Shown one piece after another: positions 11,455 through 24,000 of a stretch of 64,000 nt of DNA. The DNA lies in NCBI RefSeq assembly GCF_028641065.1, contig NC_073379.1:57722001-57786000 (forward strand), in the 5' to 3' direction. This stretch comes from Leucoraja erinacea (Eukaryota). The notes under the pieces were generated by a model. That model saw only the letters and a list, made by a program, of their open reading frames with translations. It ran no database searches and was not told the origin of the DNA. Numbering within the stretch: the first letter of the stretch is position 1; the number at the start of each line of letters is the position of its first letter. Made by a program: the position numbers and the translations under genes.

Positions 11455-11693
11455 AGATCTTATTCTGGAGAGAGTACAGCCAGTGCCATAGCTCGTTCCT
11501 GCGCTGCGATTGCTTTGACTCTCCTTGTGCCCGTTTTCATCACATCGCACAAAGAAAACATCGAGGAAGTCCTCAGCATTTTCACCTCTGGCTTACCAGG
11601 AAAACCAAATGCCGATGAGTCTCACACTGTACAGTTTCATACAGGACTGGCCATGGGAATGTTCCTGTCCCGCTTATATGAAGAACGAATGAG
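11455..11693 (+). CDS. FOCAD: FOCAD exon w3 (RSYSGESTASAIARS...LPGKPNADESHTVQFHTGLAMGMFLSRLYEERM)
   Basis: Acceptor ttcacag|; donor AG|gtagct; 239 nt; phase 0/2. Confidence 0.94.
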
Positions 11694-11784
11694 GTAGCTG
11701 TAGAAACATTAGTTTAAATTAGCATTCGCTAGAATGTGTAGTAGTTTTTATATGATACGTTTTTAATATGATAAGTTTTAATCT

Positions 11785-13995
11785 ATAATTTGAGAGGGAG
11801 AAGGGTAATTCAGAGGTGTCAGTATTACAGTTGAACAAAGGGGACTATGGAGCCATGAGGGAGGAGCTGGCCAAAGTTGACTGGAAAGAGACCCTAGCAG
11901 GGATGACAGTGGAACAACAATGGCAGGTATTTCTGGGAATAATACAGAAGGTGCAGGCTCAGTTCATTCCAAAGAGGAAGAAAGATTCCAAGGGGAGTAA
12001 GGGACGACTGTGGCTGACAAGGGAAGTCAGGGACAGTATAAAAATAAAAGAGATGAAGTACAACATAGCAAAGATGAGCGGGAAGCAAGAGGATTGGGTA
12101 TTGTTTAAAAAGCAACAGAAAATAACTAAAAAGGCCATACGGGGAGAAAAAAAGAGGTACGAAGGTAAGCTAGCAAAGAATATAAAGGAGGATGGGAAAA
12201 GCTTCTTTAGATATGTGAAGAGGAAAAAAATTAGTTAAGACCAAAGTTGGACCCTTGAAGACTGAAAAGGGTGAATTTATTATGGGGAACAAGAAAATGA
12301 TAGATGAACAGGTACTTTGGATCCGTCTTCACTGAGGAGGACACAAACAATCTTCCTGATGTACTAGCCAGAGGATCTGGGGTGACGGAGGAACTGAAGG
12401 AAATCCACATTAGGCAGGAAATGCTGTTGGGTAGGCTGATGGGATTGAAGGCTGATAAATCCCCAGGGCCTGATGGTCTGCATCCCAGGGTACGTAAGGA
12501 AGTGGCTCTAGAAATCGTGGACGCATTGGTGATCATTTTCCAATGTTCTATAGATTCAGGGTCGGTTCCTGTGGATTGGAGGGTAGCTAATGTTATCCCA
12601 CTTTTTAAGAAAGGCGGGAGAGAGAAAACAGAGAATTATAGACCAGTTAGCCTGACATCAGTGGTGGGGAAGATGCTGGAATCAATTATAAAAGATGAAA
12701 TAGCTGCACATTTCGATAGCAGTAACAGGATTGGTCCTAGTCAGCATGGATTTACAAAGGGGAAATCATGCTTGACTAATCTACTTGAATTTTTTGAGGC
12801 AATAACTAGGAAAATGGATAAGGGAGAGCCAGTGGATGTAGTGTACCTGGACTTTCAGAAAGTATTTGATAAGGTCCTACATAGGAGATTAGTGGGCAAA
12901 ATTAGGGTACATGATATTGGGGGTAGAGTGCTGACATGGATAGAAAATTGTTTGGCAGACAGGAAACAAAAAGTAGGGATTAACGGGTCCCGTTCAGAAT
13001 GGCAGGCAGTGACTAGTGAGGTACCGCAAGGCTCGGTGCTGGGACCACAGCTATTTACAATATATATTAATGATTTAGATGAAGGGATTACATAACATTA
13101 GCAAATTTGCACATGACACAAAGCTGCATGGCAGTGTGAACTGTGAGGAGGACACTATGCAGGATGCAGGATGACTTGAACAGGTTGGGTGAGTGGTCAG
13201 ATGTGAGGTTATCCACTTTGGTGGCAAAAACAGGAAGGAAGATTATTATCTAAATGGTGGTCAAGTTGGGAAAAAAGGGGGATGTACAAAGGGATCTGGG
13301 GGGTCCTTGTTCATCAGTCATTGAAAGTACGCATACAGGTACAGCAGGCAGTGAAGAAAGCAAATGGCATGTTGGCCTTCATAACAAGAGGAGTTGAGTG
13401 TAGGAACAAAGAGGTCCTTCTGCAGTTGTACGGGGGGGCCCTAGTGAGACCACACCTTGAGTATTGTGTGCAAATTTGTGGAAGGACATTCTTGCTATTG
13501 AGGGAGTGCAGCGTAGGTTCACAAGGTTAATTCCAGGGATGGCGGGACTGTCAAATGCCGAGAGAATGGAGTGGGTGGGCTTGTATACTCTGGAATTTAG
13601 AAAAATGAGAGGGGATCTTATTGAAACATATAAGATTATTTAGGGTTTGGACATGCTAGTGGCAGGAAACATGCTCCCGATGTTGGGGGAGTCCAGAACC
13701 AGGGGCCACCGTTTAAGAATAAAGGGTAAGCCATTTAGAACGGAGATGAGGAAACACTTTTTCACACAGAGAGTTGTGAGTGTGGAATTCTCAGCCTCAG
13801 AGGGTGGTGGAGACCGGTTCTCTGGATACATTCAAGCGAGAGCTAGTTAGGACTTTTGAAGATAGCAGAGTCAGGGGTCATGGGGAGAAGGTAGGAATGG
13901 GGTACTGATTGTGGATGATCAGCCATGATCACATTGAATGGTGGTGCTGGCTTGAAGGGCCGAATGGTCTACTCCTGCATCTATTGTCTATTGTA
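11785..13995 (+). mobile_element. CR1 LINE, 5'-truncated, subfamily A
   Basis: ORF2 pieces [60 protein letters not shown]; 3' UTR ending in (CTATTGT)n. Confidence 0.95.
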
Positions 13996-14537
13996 ACCCA
14001 TTATTTGGCTGGGATTGTCCCAGAGTTTGGCTGCATAGGAATTCTGAGGGCCAATAGCAGAATGCAGTTTGTATCACCGTCTAATGAAAAGACACAGTGG
14101 TCCACTACAACCATGTTTGACCTTTCCTCCAGCTTTCTCCTCCAACTATAATCATTCTGAAGAAGGGTTGCAAACTGAATTGTTGCCTATCCATGTTCTC
14201 CAGAGATGCTGCCTGACCGGCTGACTTACTCCAGCACTCGATGCTGTAATCCAGCATCTGAAGTTCTTTGTATCTATATCTATCATCTAAGTGATTCTCT
14301 AGTTCCTGATTAAAACCATTTTATAACCAATTTTCCCAACGTAATGCAAATGGTGTTCCCGAATTCACCAATCGCGTTACCTATAATTGGAACATGGAAA
14401 CATGCATTATAGCAGAACTACCTGTAGTTTACCATAACCAGTGGATTCAGGTGATTGAAATGTTATTCAATATTTCGCACACTTTAATGCAGCCGTGTCT
14501 TTAATCGTGACACTTCATTATACTTTAGAACTGCTTA

Positions 14538-15710
14538 TAGAAAATAGGTGCAGGGGTAGGCCATTCGGCCCTTTGAGCCAGCATCGCTTTTCAATATGAT
14601 CATGGCTGATCATCCAAAATCAGTACCCCCGTTGCTGTTTTCTCCCCATATCCTTTGATTCCGTTAGTCCTAAGAGCTATATCTAACTCTCTCTTGAAAT
14701 CTTCTTGTGAATTGTCCTCCACTGCCTTCTGTGGCAGAGAGTTCCATGGATTTCCAACTCAGTGGGTAAAAACATTTTTCCTCATCTCAATCCTAAATGG
14801 CCTACCCCTTATTTTAAAATGTGACCTCTGGTACTGGACTCCCCCAACATTGGGAACATTTTTCCTGCTTCTAGCCTGACCAATCCCTTAAGAATCTTAT
14901 GTTTCTATAAGATACCCTCTCATCCTTCTAAATTCCAGTGAATATAAGCCCAGACGATCCATTCTTTCATCATATGTCAGTTCCACCATCCCAGGAATTA
15001 ACCTGGTGAACCTACGCTGCACTCCCTCAATGGCAAGCAATTCCTTCCTCAAATTAGGAGGCCAAATCTGCACACATTACTCCAGGTACGGTCTCAGCAG
15101 GGCCGTGTACAACTGCAGTAGGACCTCCTTGCTCCTATTCTCAAATCCTCTTGTTATGAAGGCCAACATGCCAGTAGCTTTCTTCACTGCCTGCTGTACC
15201 TGCATGCTTACTTTCAGTGACTGATGTACAAGGACACCGAGGTCTTGTTGCACCTCCCCTTTTCCTAATCTGACACCATTCAGATAATAATGAATTCTCT
15301 CTCAGAGGCCGGTGGCGGCCGGTTCTCTGGATTCTTTCAAGAGAGAGCTAGGTAGGGCTCTTAAAGATAGTGGAGACAGGGGATATGGGGACAAGGCAGG
15401 AATGGGGTACTGACTGTGGATGATCAGCCATAATCACATTGAATGGCGGTGCTGGCTTGAAAGGCTGATTGGCCTCCTGCACCTATTGTCTATTTTCAAT
15501 TCTGATAATAATCTGTCTTGTTTTTGCCACAAAAGTGGATAACCTCACATTTACCCACATTATACTGCATCAGCCCACTCACCCAACCTATCCAAGTCAC
15601 CCTGCAGCCTCATAGCATCCTCCTCACAGCTTACACTGCCACCCAGTTGTGTGTCATCCACAAACTTGGAGATGTTACATTTAATTCCTTCATCTAAATC
15701 GTTAAATTAT
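14538..15710 (-). mobile_element. CR1 LINE 3' portion (subfamily A), interrupted by an inverted CR1 3' fragment at 15292-15498
   Basis: Reverse complement of CR1 RT C-terminus and 3' UTR; insert flanked by ATTC(A/T)GATAATAAT at 15278-15291 and 15499-15512. Confidence 0.9.
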
Positions 15711-16237
15711 CCTTGTGTTCTTTGAGCTACAATTCAGGTGGAAAGATTTAACAATTTCATAAGAGGTTTTACTTTGTGCTCTCAGAAGTCATTACAATTT
15801 AAAATTATAACAACGCACCTTTTTTTAATGCTAGCAGGAGGGAATTGAAAATCAAATCTATTGTAATAACTGAGAAATGCAACTGAAGTAAATCTTCAAA
15901 ATTATTGTACTGAAGATCAGCAGGAAATTAGCATCAAATACAACACATTTCTTAAATATCCTATCAGGATATTGCAAGTGGAGTATTTGCTAATGTATGA
16001 ATGTTCAGGGACTTTGGGTGAAACAGCAGTGATAATTGAAAGAACATTTATTTGCAATTAATTGATATTGAACCACCCTTCTCATCCTGTCAAAATTAAT
16101 CTCAATCCATTTGGGTTTACAAGCACAGCATGCATTATTTCAAGCTATTTCATGGTTGGATTTACAGAACATAATCAGTTTTTGAGTATGAAACCATCCA
16201 TACAAATTTAAAGCCAACTATGATCTTTATTTTCCAG

Positions 16238-16327
16238 TGATGTTTCAGCACAGAAAATGAATTTGCTGCTCATGAAATCTCTCGACGCATTGGAGAAATG
16301 CTGCTTTGACATGAACCTGGAATACAA
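16238..16327 (+). CDS. FOCAD: FOCAD exon w4 (DVSAQKMNLLLMKSLDALEKCCFDMNLEY)
   Basis: Acceptor tttccag|; donor AA|gtaaag; 90 nt; phase 2/2. Not in the ORF track. Confidence 0.94.
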
Positions 16328-16499
16328 GTAAAGTTTACAGATTTTTATGTTTTTTGTGTGAAATAGTTTAATTGACGAATCTGCCAAAAAATGAAGTGTA
16401 GATTTTTTACAAGATAAGTCCTTGATCCATGAGATATTTCTCCCCATATCCTGACAATAATGTGGAGCGAACTTGCCAGATCCTGCTGTGCTTGTCCTC

Positions 16500-16605
16500 A
16501 TCATCACATTACAAAATGCTATCAACTTTATAGGATTGAGCACAGGATTGAGCACAAGATTGAGCTCAATCCTATAAAGTTGAAAGCATTTCGTAATGTG
16601 ATGAT
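16500..16605. repeat. 42-bp-arm inverted repeat with tandem GATTGAGC units in the loop
   Basis: 16500-16541 vs reverse complement of 16564-16605: two mismatches. Confidence 0.95.
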
Positions 16606-17499
16606 CTGGATGCACAATTTTACCTCCGGTGAATAGTTTCTATTGGTGGTTTTCTTACAGGCAGTATTAAAATTCTAGTCTTATGTCTGAATGACTGTGA
16701 TGTGTTGCAATGCATATCTACCTTGGCTACTCTGAGTACAAAACTTTCAAATAACGTGCAGCAGGAAGATTGCTTTTATGTTTGAATTAATAATTAAAAA
16801 GGCAATGGGGCTTGAAACTCATTTAATGTTGCATCAGCTAAACAACAATAAAGTGCAAGCTGCATATGGTGCTTTCATTTAGAACTTTGGTTCTATGTAT
16901 CACAACCATATTGTCATTTCATCTCGGTGAATGAATTTCTTCCTGATGGTGCACAAAGCATTGTCAACATTATGTGGAATTTCAAGCTTCACTTAAGCTA
17001 ATGGCTCAGAAATGAAATCTGTTTCTGTTTACACAGGTCTGCTTGTGATTTCACCATATTTAATACAATTAGATTGTGCATCTTGCTACTCTGAGTACAG
17101 AAGTTTCAAATCAAAATCATGTTACTTGTGCAGAATACTTTTTTTATGTTTGAATGAATAATGAAAAAGATAATGGGGCTTGAAACTCATTCAACATTGC
17201 ATCTCTGATTTTAGCACAGCTCGAACACCCATCTGCCTCTCCATTTACACCCTCCCCATGTATTACCGTCCTCTGAAATCTAGCAGTAAACATTACCAGC
17301 AAGTCATGAGATAATAGCTGGAAATCAACAAATACTGCCGCTCTCATCTTGCATCTACATTTGGAAAGACGGTATAGGAGTCTGAGACCTCCAGGTTCAA
17401 CAATGGCTTTTTCCCATGAACCATCAGACTCTTGAACCACAGTGCACAACACTCAGCACAACCATACCTCAGCTACGATCTACTATGGACTTTATTTTG

Positions 17500-18965
17500 T
17501 TTACACGCCATTACTTCCTCCAAGGCAAAGCCAGAGGGCAGCTCCAGTGACAACGAAGCATCACTCCCAGACAAGCACAATGCGTTCAACACATGCTATG
17601 ATAGGGGGGACACTGCTATGCCTTCCCAGGCCTCCATAGCTCCCAATAGTAATACAATCACAGAGGCAGATGCCAGACGATCCCTCAGGATGACGAGCCC
17701 TCAAAATCGGTCTAGAACTTATGGTATATCTGGTCGCGTTCTTAAAACCTGTGCAGACATCTTAAACCTCCATCAGGGAGATTCCCACCTACTTTTAAAG
17801 GGCATCAATAATACCAGTGCCTAAGAAGAATAAGGTGATATGCCTCAATGACTACCAACTGGTAGCACTAACATCCGTGGTGATGAAGTGTGTTGAGAGG
17901 TTAGTAATGGTACATATCCTCCCTGGGCCTATTACAATTTACCTACCGCCACAACCGTACAACAGAGGATGCGATCTCACTGGCTCTCCATTCTGGACTG
18001 CTCCACTTGGACAATAAAAACACATAAGCCAGGCTGTCGTTCATTAATTATAGCTCGGCATTCAATACTATCATCCCCTCCAAACTGGTTAGCAATCTGA
18101 TGGAATTGGGTCTCTGAGCATCTCTCTGCAAGTGGATCCTCTGCTTCCTCCTCAGCAGACCACAATAAGTACAAATTGGATGCAACACTTCTCCTCAATA
18201 ATATTAGGAGCACCTCAAGGCTGAGTGCTCATCTGCCTGCTCTACTCATTCTATACTCATGACTGCGTAGCTGAACACAGTTTCAACTCCATTCTTCAAA
18301 TGTGCCAATGACCTCACCGCTATTAAACGAATTACAAATGACAACAAGTCAGAGGGAGATCAAGCGGCTGACCTAATGGTGCCAGAACAATAACCTTGCC
18401 TCAATGTCAGTAAAACCAAGGAACTTAGAAGACTAAGGAGATTCAGAATTTTGACAAATGCTCCCTTGAACTTCTACAGGTGCACAGTAGTATTGATTGG
18501 TTGCTTCATGGACTGGTTTGGCAATTTAAATTGTCCAGTAACGAAGAAGATTGTGAAAAGTGATGAAAACTGCCCAGTCCATCACAAGTACTGTATGTAT
18601 TCAAGAGAGAGTTAGCTATTTCTCTTAGGGCTAATGGAAGCAATGGATATGGGAAGAAAACAGGAACGAGGTACTGATTTTGGATGATCAGCCATGATCA
18701 TATTGAATAACACAATAACACAACTTATTGTCTGACTTGAAGGTTTTTCTGTGTTTACTGATCTCCCCATCATCGAAGGGATCTTCAGGAGTTATTGCCT
18801 CAAAAAGACGCATTTCACTCCTGTCACCACGAAGAAAGTATAGGAGCCTGAAAACTGAAACGTCAAGGTTCAGGAACCACTTCTTCCCAACAACCATCAG
18901 GCTATTAAACGCTACAGTCTCCAAATAAGCTGCAGACTACATGGACTAGGGAGCATTGCTTTTGT
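17500..18965 (+). mobile_element. Old Rex1/Babar-type LINE (degenerate) with a small CR1 3' insert at about 18595-18710
   Basis: Motifs [28 protein letters not shown] and RRKYRSLKTETSRFRNHFFPTTIRLLN. Confidence 0.8.
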
Positions 18966-18968
18966 CTT

Positions 18969-20282
18969 TAGAATAGAATAGAGTAGAATAGTTTATTTAT
19001 TGTCATTGTAACATGGACCATGTACAACGAAATTTGAAATGTCAGCCAGTCAGTGCAGCATTCAAACATTTCTAAAAGCTAACGATACATACACGGTAAA
19101 ATAATAAAGATAAACAACTAAATAAATATCACGAACACAGCACGCATACACACCCAACCCTCCATCCTTCTGTCGATTTCACAGTTACCACAGTCCCTTA
19201 GTATGTCTCGCCCCTGCGTTCCTTGGCGGCTACATTTAGTGCTTTTATAGCAGTGGGGTAAAAACTGTTTTTTAGTCTGTTCGTCCTTGTCCTTGTAGAT
19301 CTGTACCGTCTGCCTGACGGCAACAGTTCAAACAGGGAGTGTCCGGGGTGGGAAATGTCCTTTATGATATTCTGGGTTTTTTTGGTGCAGCGGGAACTGT
19401 GTAAGTCCTCCAAGGTAAGGAGAGGGCAGCCGACAATCCTCTGGGCGTTGTCAATGGCCCTCTGGAGCGCTTTCCTCTGAGCCGCTGTGCAGCTGGTGTA
19501 CCACACGCATACACAGTATGTTAGTATGCTCTCAATGGAGCACCGATAAAAGGACAGCAGCAGTCTCTGAGTGATGTTGTTCTTCCTGAACACCCTCAGG
19601 AAGTGCAGTCTCTGCTGGATCTTTTTCAGCAGCGCAGTGGTGTTCACGCTCCACGTCAGGTCCTCCTCAATATGGATTCCCAGGAAGCGGAAATCCACCA
19701 CCCTCTCCACACAGTCCCCTCTGATAGTCAATGGTACCATGTCCGTTTTGTTCTTCCTGAAGTCTATTATTACTTCCTTTGTCTTTAAGGTGTTGAGGAG
19801 CAGGTTATTTTCTTCGCACCACACTGTCAGCTGCTCCGCCTCATCCCGGTAGGCATACTCGTCCCCCCCGGAGATGAGTCCCACCACTGTAGTGTCATCC
19901 GCAAATTTGACAATGGTGTTGCTGTGGTGGGCGGGGGTGCAGTCATGTGTGTAGATGGTGTAGAGCAGGGGGCTCAGCACACAGCCCTGTGGAGAGCCGG
20001 TACTGAGGCTGAGGGCCGTGGATGTATGATGGCCCACTCTGACTCTCTGGCTGCGACCCGACAGGAAGCTATTTATCCACGTACAGGTGGAGTGTGGAAG
20101 TCCCAAGTCCCCCAGTTTGTCCACCAGTTTGTGGGGAAGGATGGTATTAAAAGCAGAGCTGTAGTCCACAAAGAGCATCCGCACGTAGCTCCCCTGCTGC
20201 TCCAGGTGAGACAGTGCAGCATGGAGAGCTGTGGCTACAGCGTCCTCTGTGGATCTATTTGCTCTGTGCGCAAACTGGTGGG
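18969..20282 (-). mobile_element. Young Rex1/Babar LINE, 5'-truncated, uninterrupted RT reading frame
   Basis: ORF 19198-20184 extends upstream (HQFAHRANRSTEDA): VDYSSAFNTI, GSPQGCVLSPLLY, KFADD, LLPSGRRYRS..FYP. The 3' end has AATAAA and a (TTCTA)n tail. Confidence 0.93.
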
Positions 20283-20318
20283 CAAATGTGTGTGATTTGC
20301 ACTATGTGTGTGATTTGT

Positions 20319-20762
20319 NNNNNNNNNNNNNNNNNNNNNNNNNNNNNNNNNNNNNNNNNNNNNNNNNNNNNNNNNNNNNNNNNNNNNNNNNNNNNNNNNN
20401 NNNNNNNNNNNNNNNNNNNNNNNNNNNNNNNNNNNNNNNNNNNNNNNNNNNNNNNNNNNNNNNNNNNNNNNNNNNNNNNNNNNNNNNNNNNNNNNNNNNN
20501 NNNNNNNNNNNNNNNNNNNNNNNNNNNNNNNNNNNNNNNNNNNNNNNNNNNNNCCCACTGAGGCTCTCAAACTCTCTTTATNNNNNNNNNNNNNNNNNNN
20601 NNNNNNNNNNNNNNNNNNNNNNNNNNNNNNNNNNNNNNNNNNNNNNNNNNNNNNNNNNNNNNNNNNNNNNNNNNNNNNNNNNNNNNNNNNNNNNNNNNNN
20701 NNNNNNNNNNNNNNNNNNNNNNNNNNNNNNNNNNNNNNNNNNNNNNNNNNNNNNNNNNNNNN
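20319..20762. other. Assembly gaps (N runs 20319-20553 and 20582-20762)
   Basis: Runs of N. Confidence 1.
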
Positions 20763-21804
20763 ACAGTTCCTCATTGTTAGTGAGGATGCTCAGACAACTT
20801 GGATTCATCCCAACAGCTTCCCCTGGCCAGAGTGCCGATGTTTTCCTCAGCTTGGCATTGTTTGTGGGGCTGATCATAGGTTTCCTCCGGCCTGTCTGCT
20901 GCTGATGGGGATTGGAGCGGCCCTAAGGGAGGACATGTCGTCACATATATATTTTGTTTTTTTCAGAGTTCTATACTTGCATATCTGTTGCACTGCTGCA
21001 AGTAAGAATTTCATCCAATTTCGGAAAATATGGCAATACAACACTCTTGACTCTTGATCTGGTTGTCTGGTATTACAGATAATTTATTATATTAATAATT
21101 ATTGTAGAATTATTTATTGTGTGCCTGTCAAACTGCAGCAAATAAGAAATTTGTTGTTCTGTTCCCGATCCATATGACACTCTTGAGATGCTGGAAATTT
21201 GAAATAAAACAAAAAAAACTCTTCTCCAACATGATACACTGCTCTGCCAATCACCCCAGGTCGATCAGCCTTTCCTCTGCACTTTGATCAAATCCTCACA
21301 ATGCAATGAGGGGTGGTTAACTGGCCTCAAAGGTTCCTCCACCAGCTCTTTATCCTGAGTCTGTCATCTGGCAGAGGGATAGTAATGTGACATTTAGATG
21401 GGTTATTTTGTGTTGCAGTCTCTTGGGGAGGGTGGGGTGAATTTCCCACCAAAATTTCCCACCAAAAGTACCTACCCTTTTCCATATTGGATTGGAATGA
21501 GAACTTTTCTCCTTACCTACTCAGGAAAACTAGAGACAAGAGACTGCAGAAGCTGAAATCTGAAGCAAAATATAAGCCTCGGGTTGAGCAGTAGCTTTCA
21601 TGGGAACAGGATACCCAGTGACTATTTGACAGTATAATGTGCCACCGGCATGCATTAGATAAATGTAACAATTCAAAACATTAAATTTATAGTTTTTCCA
21701 TATAACAAGTAAATCAGGAACTGGCAGTGCCCGCGAAGCAGAGGCTTGAGAGTAAACAGTCTCCAGTAATAATTCTAATAGTTGATGTTTTTATTATTTT
21801 ACAG

Positions 21805-21952
21805 TACAGGATGTATCCTGGGAGTTGGCCTGGTTCTATCCCTCATGAGTCACAGCAACCAAACAGAGTCCCGTGTGCATGTCTCTGTCACCCTTGGGAA
21901 GCTCTGCACTAGCTTGGATGAAAGTGCGACTCAGACCAGGGTACTGCAGGAG
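21805..21952 (+). CDS. FOCAD: FOCAD exon w5 (TGCILGVGLVLSLMSHSNQTESRVHV...TRVLQE)
   Basis: Acceptor tttacag|; donor GAG|gtaggt; 148 nt; phase 2/0. Confidence 0.94.
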
Positions 21953-22644
21953 GTAGGTTGCTTCAGAGGTACCATGCCCATGTACAGAAGAATAGATTGA
22001 GACTTTCGACTATCAGCCATATTTTGCCATTGTTGCAATTAAGATGAAGTAAAATAATGAATAGTGATGATGTGGGCTCGAAATTAATCTCCAGACTCGG
22101 ACACGTGTACAGTTTCGTCGGCATGGTTTTTGCCAGAAGCCGTACATAGGTACTCAATAACCCTGTCCTGGCAACACTTAGCTTTTTGAGTTGTCATAGA
22201 AAGCAGCAAGAGCCACTAAGTATAAAGAATGTTATTGTCCTCTGGTTATCTACCAACTCGCTAGCTATTCTTCAATATTGCTGAGTTAATAATGGTATTG
22301 ATTTTTTTAGTTCATGAGCAGCTAATTAGAAAGGAGCTGATGACTGAATTGTATTTGCCCATTTGCCTTCAATAGTAAAAGGAGTTTTCAGGATAAATTA
22401 CCCCAACTTTATGCGGCCCTCCAAGAGCCCCAGGGTGTTAGTCAGCTTGTTTTATACTTGTGAAGAAAGACTGGAGTTTCAACATCATCAGGGTGCTATA
22501 CCGGCTTGAGGCAGGCGGTGCCCTGGATTCACACCATTTGATACAATGACCACATGGTTCATACTGAGTCCTATCACGTCCACAGGGCTCTCCAGTCATT
22601 TCCCTTCCCATTCCCTCAAACCATGCAAATGCTTTCCTTTCAGA

Positions 22645-23560
22645 TAATAGACAAGGGGTAGGCCATTTGGCCCTTCGAGCCAGCACCGCCATTCAATGTG
22701 ATCATGGCTGATCATCCCCAATCAGTACCCCTTTCCTGCCTTCTCCCCATATCCCTTGACTCCACTATTTTTAAGAGCCCTATCTAGCTCTCTCTTGAAA
22801 GCATCCAGAGAACTTGCCTCCACCACCCTCTGAGGCAAAGAATTCCACAGACTCACCACTCTCTGTGAGAAAAAGTGTTTCCTCGCCTCAGTTCTAAACT
22901 CCTTATTCTTAAACTGTGGCTCCTGGTTCTGGACTCCCCCAACATCGGGAACATGTTTCCTGCCTCTAGCATGTCCAAGCCCTTAACAATCTTATATGTT
23001 TCAATGAGATACCCTCTCATCCTTCTAAACTCCAGAGTGTACAAGCCCAGCTGCTCCATTCTCTCAGCATATGACAGTCCCGCCATCCCAGGAATTAACC
23101 TTGTAAACCTACGCTGCACTCCCTCAATAGCAAGAACGTCCTTCCTCAAATTAGGGGACCAAAATTGCACACAATACTCCAGGTGTGGTCTCACTAGGGC
23201 TCTGTACAACTGCAGAAGGACCTCTTTGCTCCTATATTCGATTCCTCTTGTTATAAAGGCCAACATGCCATTCGCTTTCTTCACTGCCTGCTGTACCTGC
23301 ATGCTTACTTTCATAGACTGATGTACAAGGACCCCCAGATCCTGGTGTACTTCCCCTTTTCCCAACTTTGACGCCATTTAGATAGTAATCTGCCATCCTG
23401 TTTTTGCTACCATATTGGATAACCACACATTTATCCGCATTAAACTTCATCTACCATGCATCTGCCCACTCCCCCTACCTGTCCAAGTCACCCTGCATTC
23501 TCATAGCATCCTCCTCACAGTTCACACTGCCACCCAGCTTTGTGTCATCTGCAAATTTGC
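22645..23560 (-). mobile_element. CR1 LINE 3' portion (subfamily A)
   Basis: ORF 22853-23377 (LYRALVRPHLEYCVQFWSP) plus CR1 3' UTR. Confidence 0.93.
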
Positions 23561-24000
23561 TTTTGAGATACTTCCAGCTCCCTTGTGAATTATGCAATTG
23601 AATCAACCCCCACAGCTTCCCTAGTAGTGCATTCCAAACCCTCACCACTTGCTAAGCATAAGACTTTAAAAGCATTTCTTTTGGTTCCTTGGACAATAAA
23701 CCTTATCCAGGGTCTAATATTACTTGGCCCATCCGCTAATATAAAGCGTTTCCACCCAGTCCATACTCTTAATGATTTTAAATTGCTCTTTCCAATCTGT
23801 TTACCACCACCTCTTTTCTCAGGAGAAGAAACCAAACTTACCCAATTTGTCCACATAACTAAGGTGCCAAATCCCTGGAATTATTTTGGTTCTTCGTATT
23901 TGGCATCTCCTGGGAAACCTTTACAAAGTGTGGCACTCACAACTGGGTAGTACTCCAATTGTGACTGAGTCAGAGTCAACAGAGATCCACTTTGTCTTAA

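Noticed and set aside
16690-16740. C/D box snoRNA (TGATG...CTGA)
   Set aside because: No canonical RTGATGA C box or terminal stem; recorded only as part of a local duplication.
20214-20905. Long ORFs spanning N runs (also 50399-50800)
   Set aside because: Artefacts of assembly gaps.
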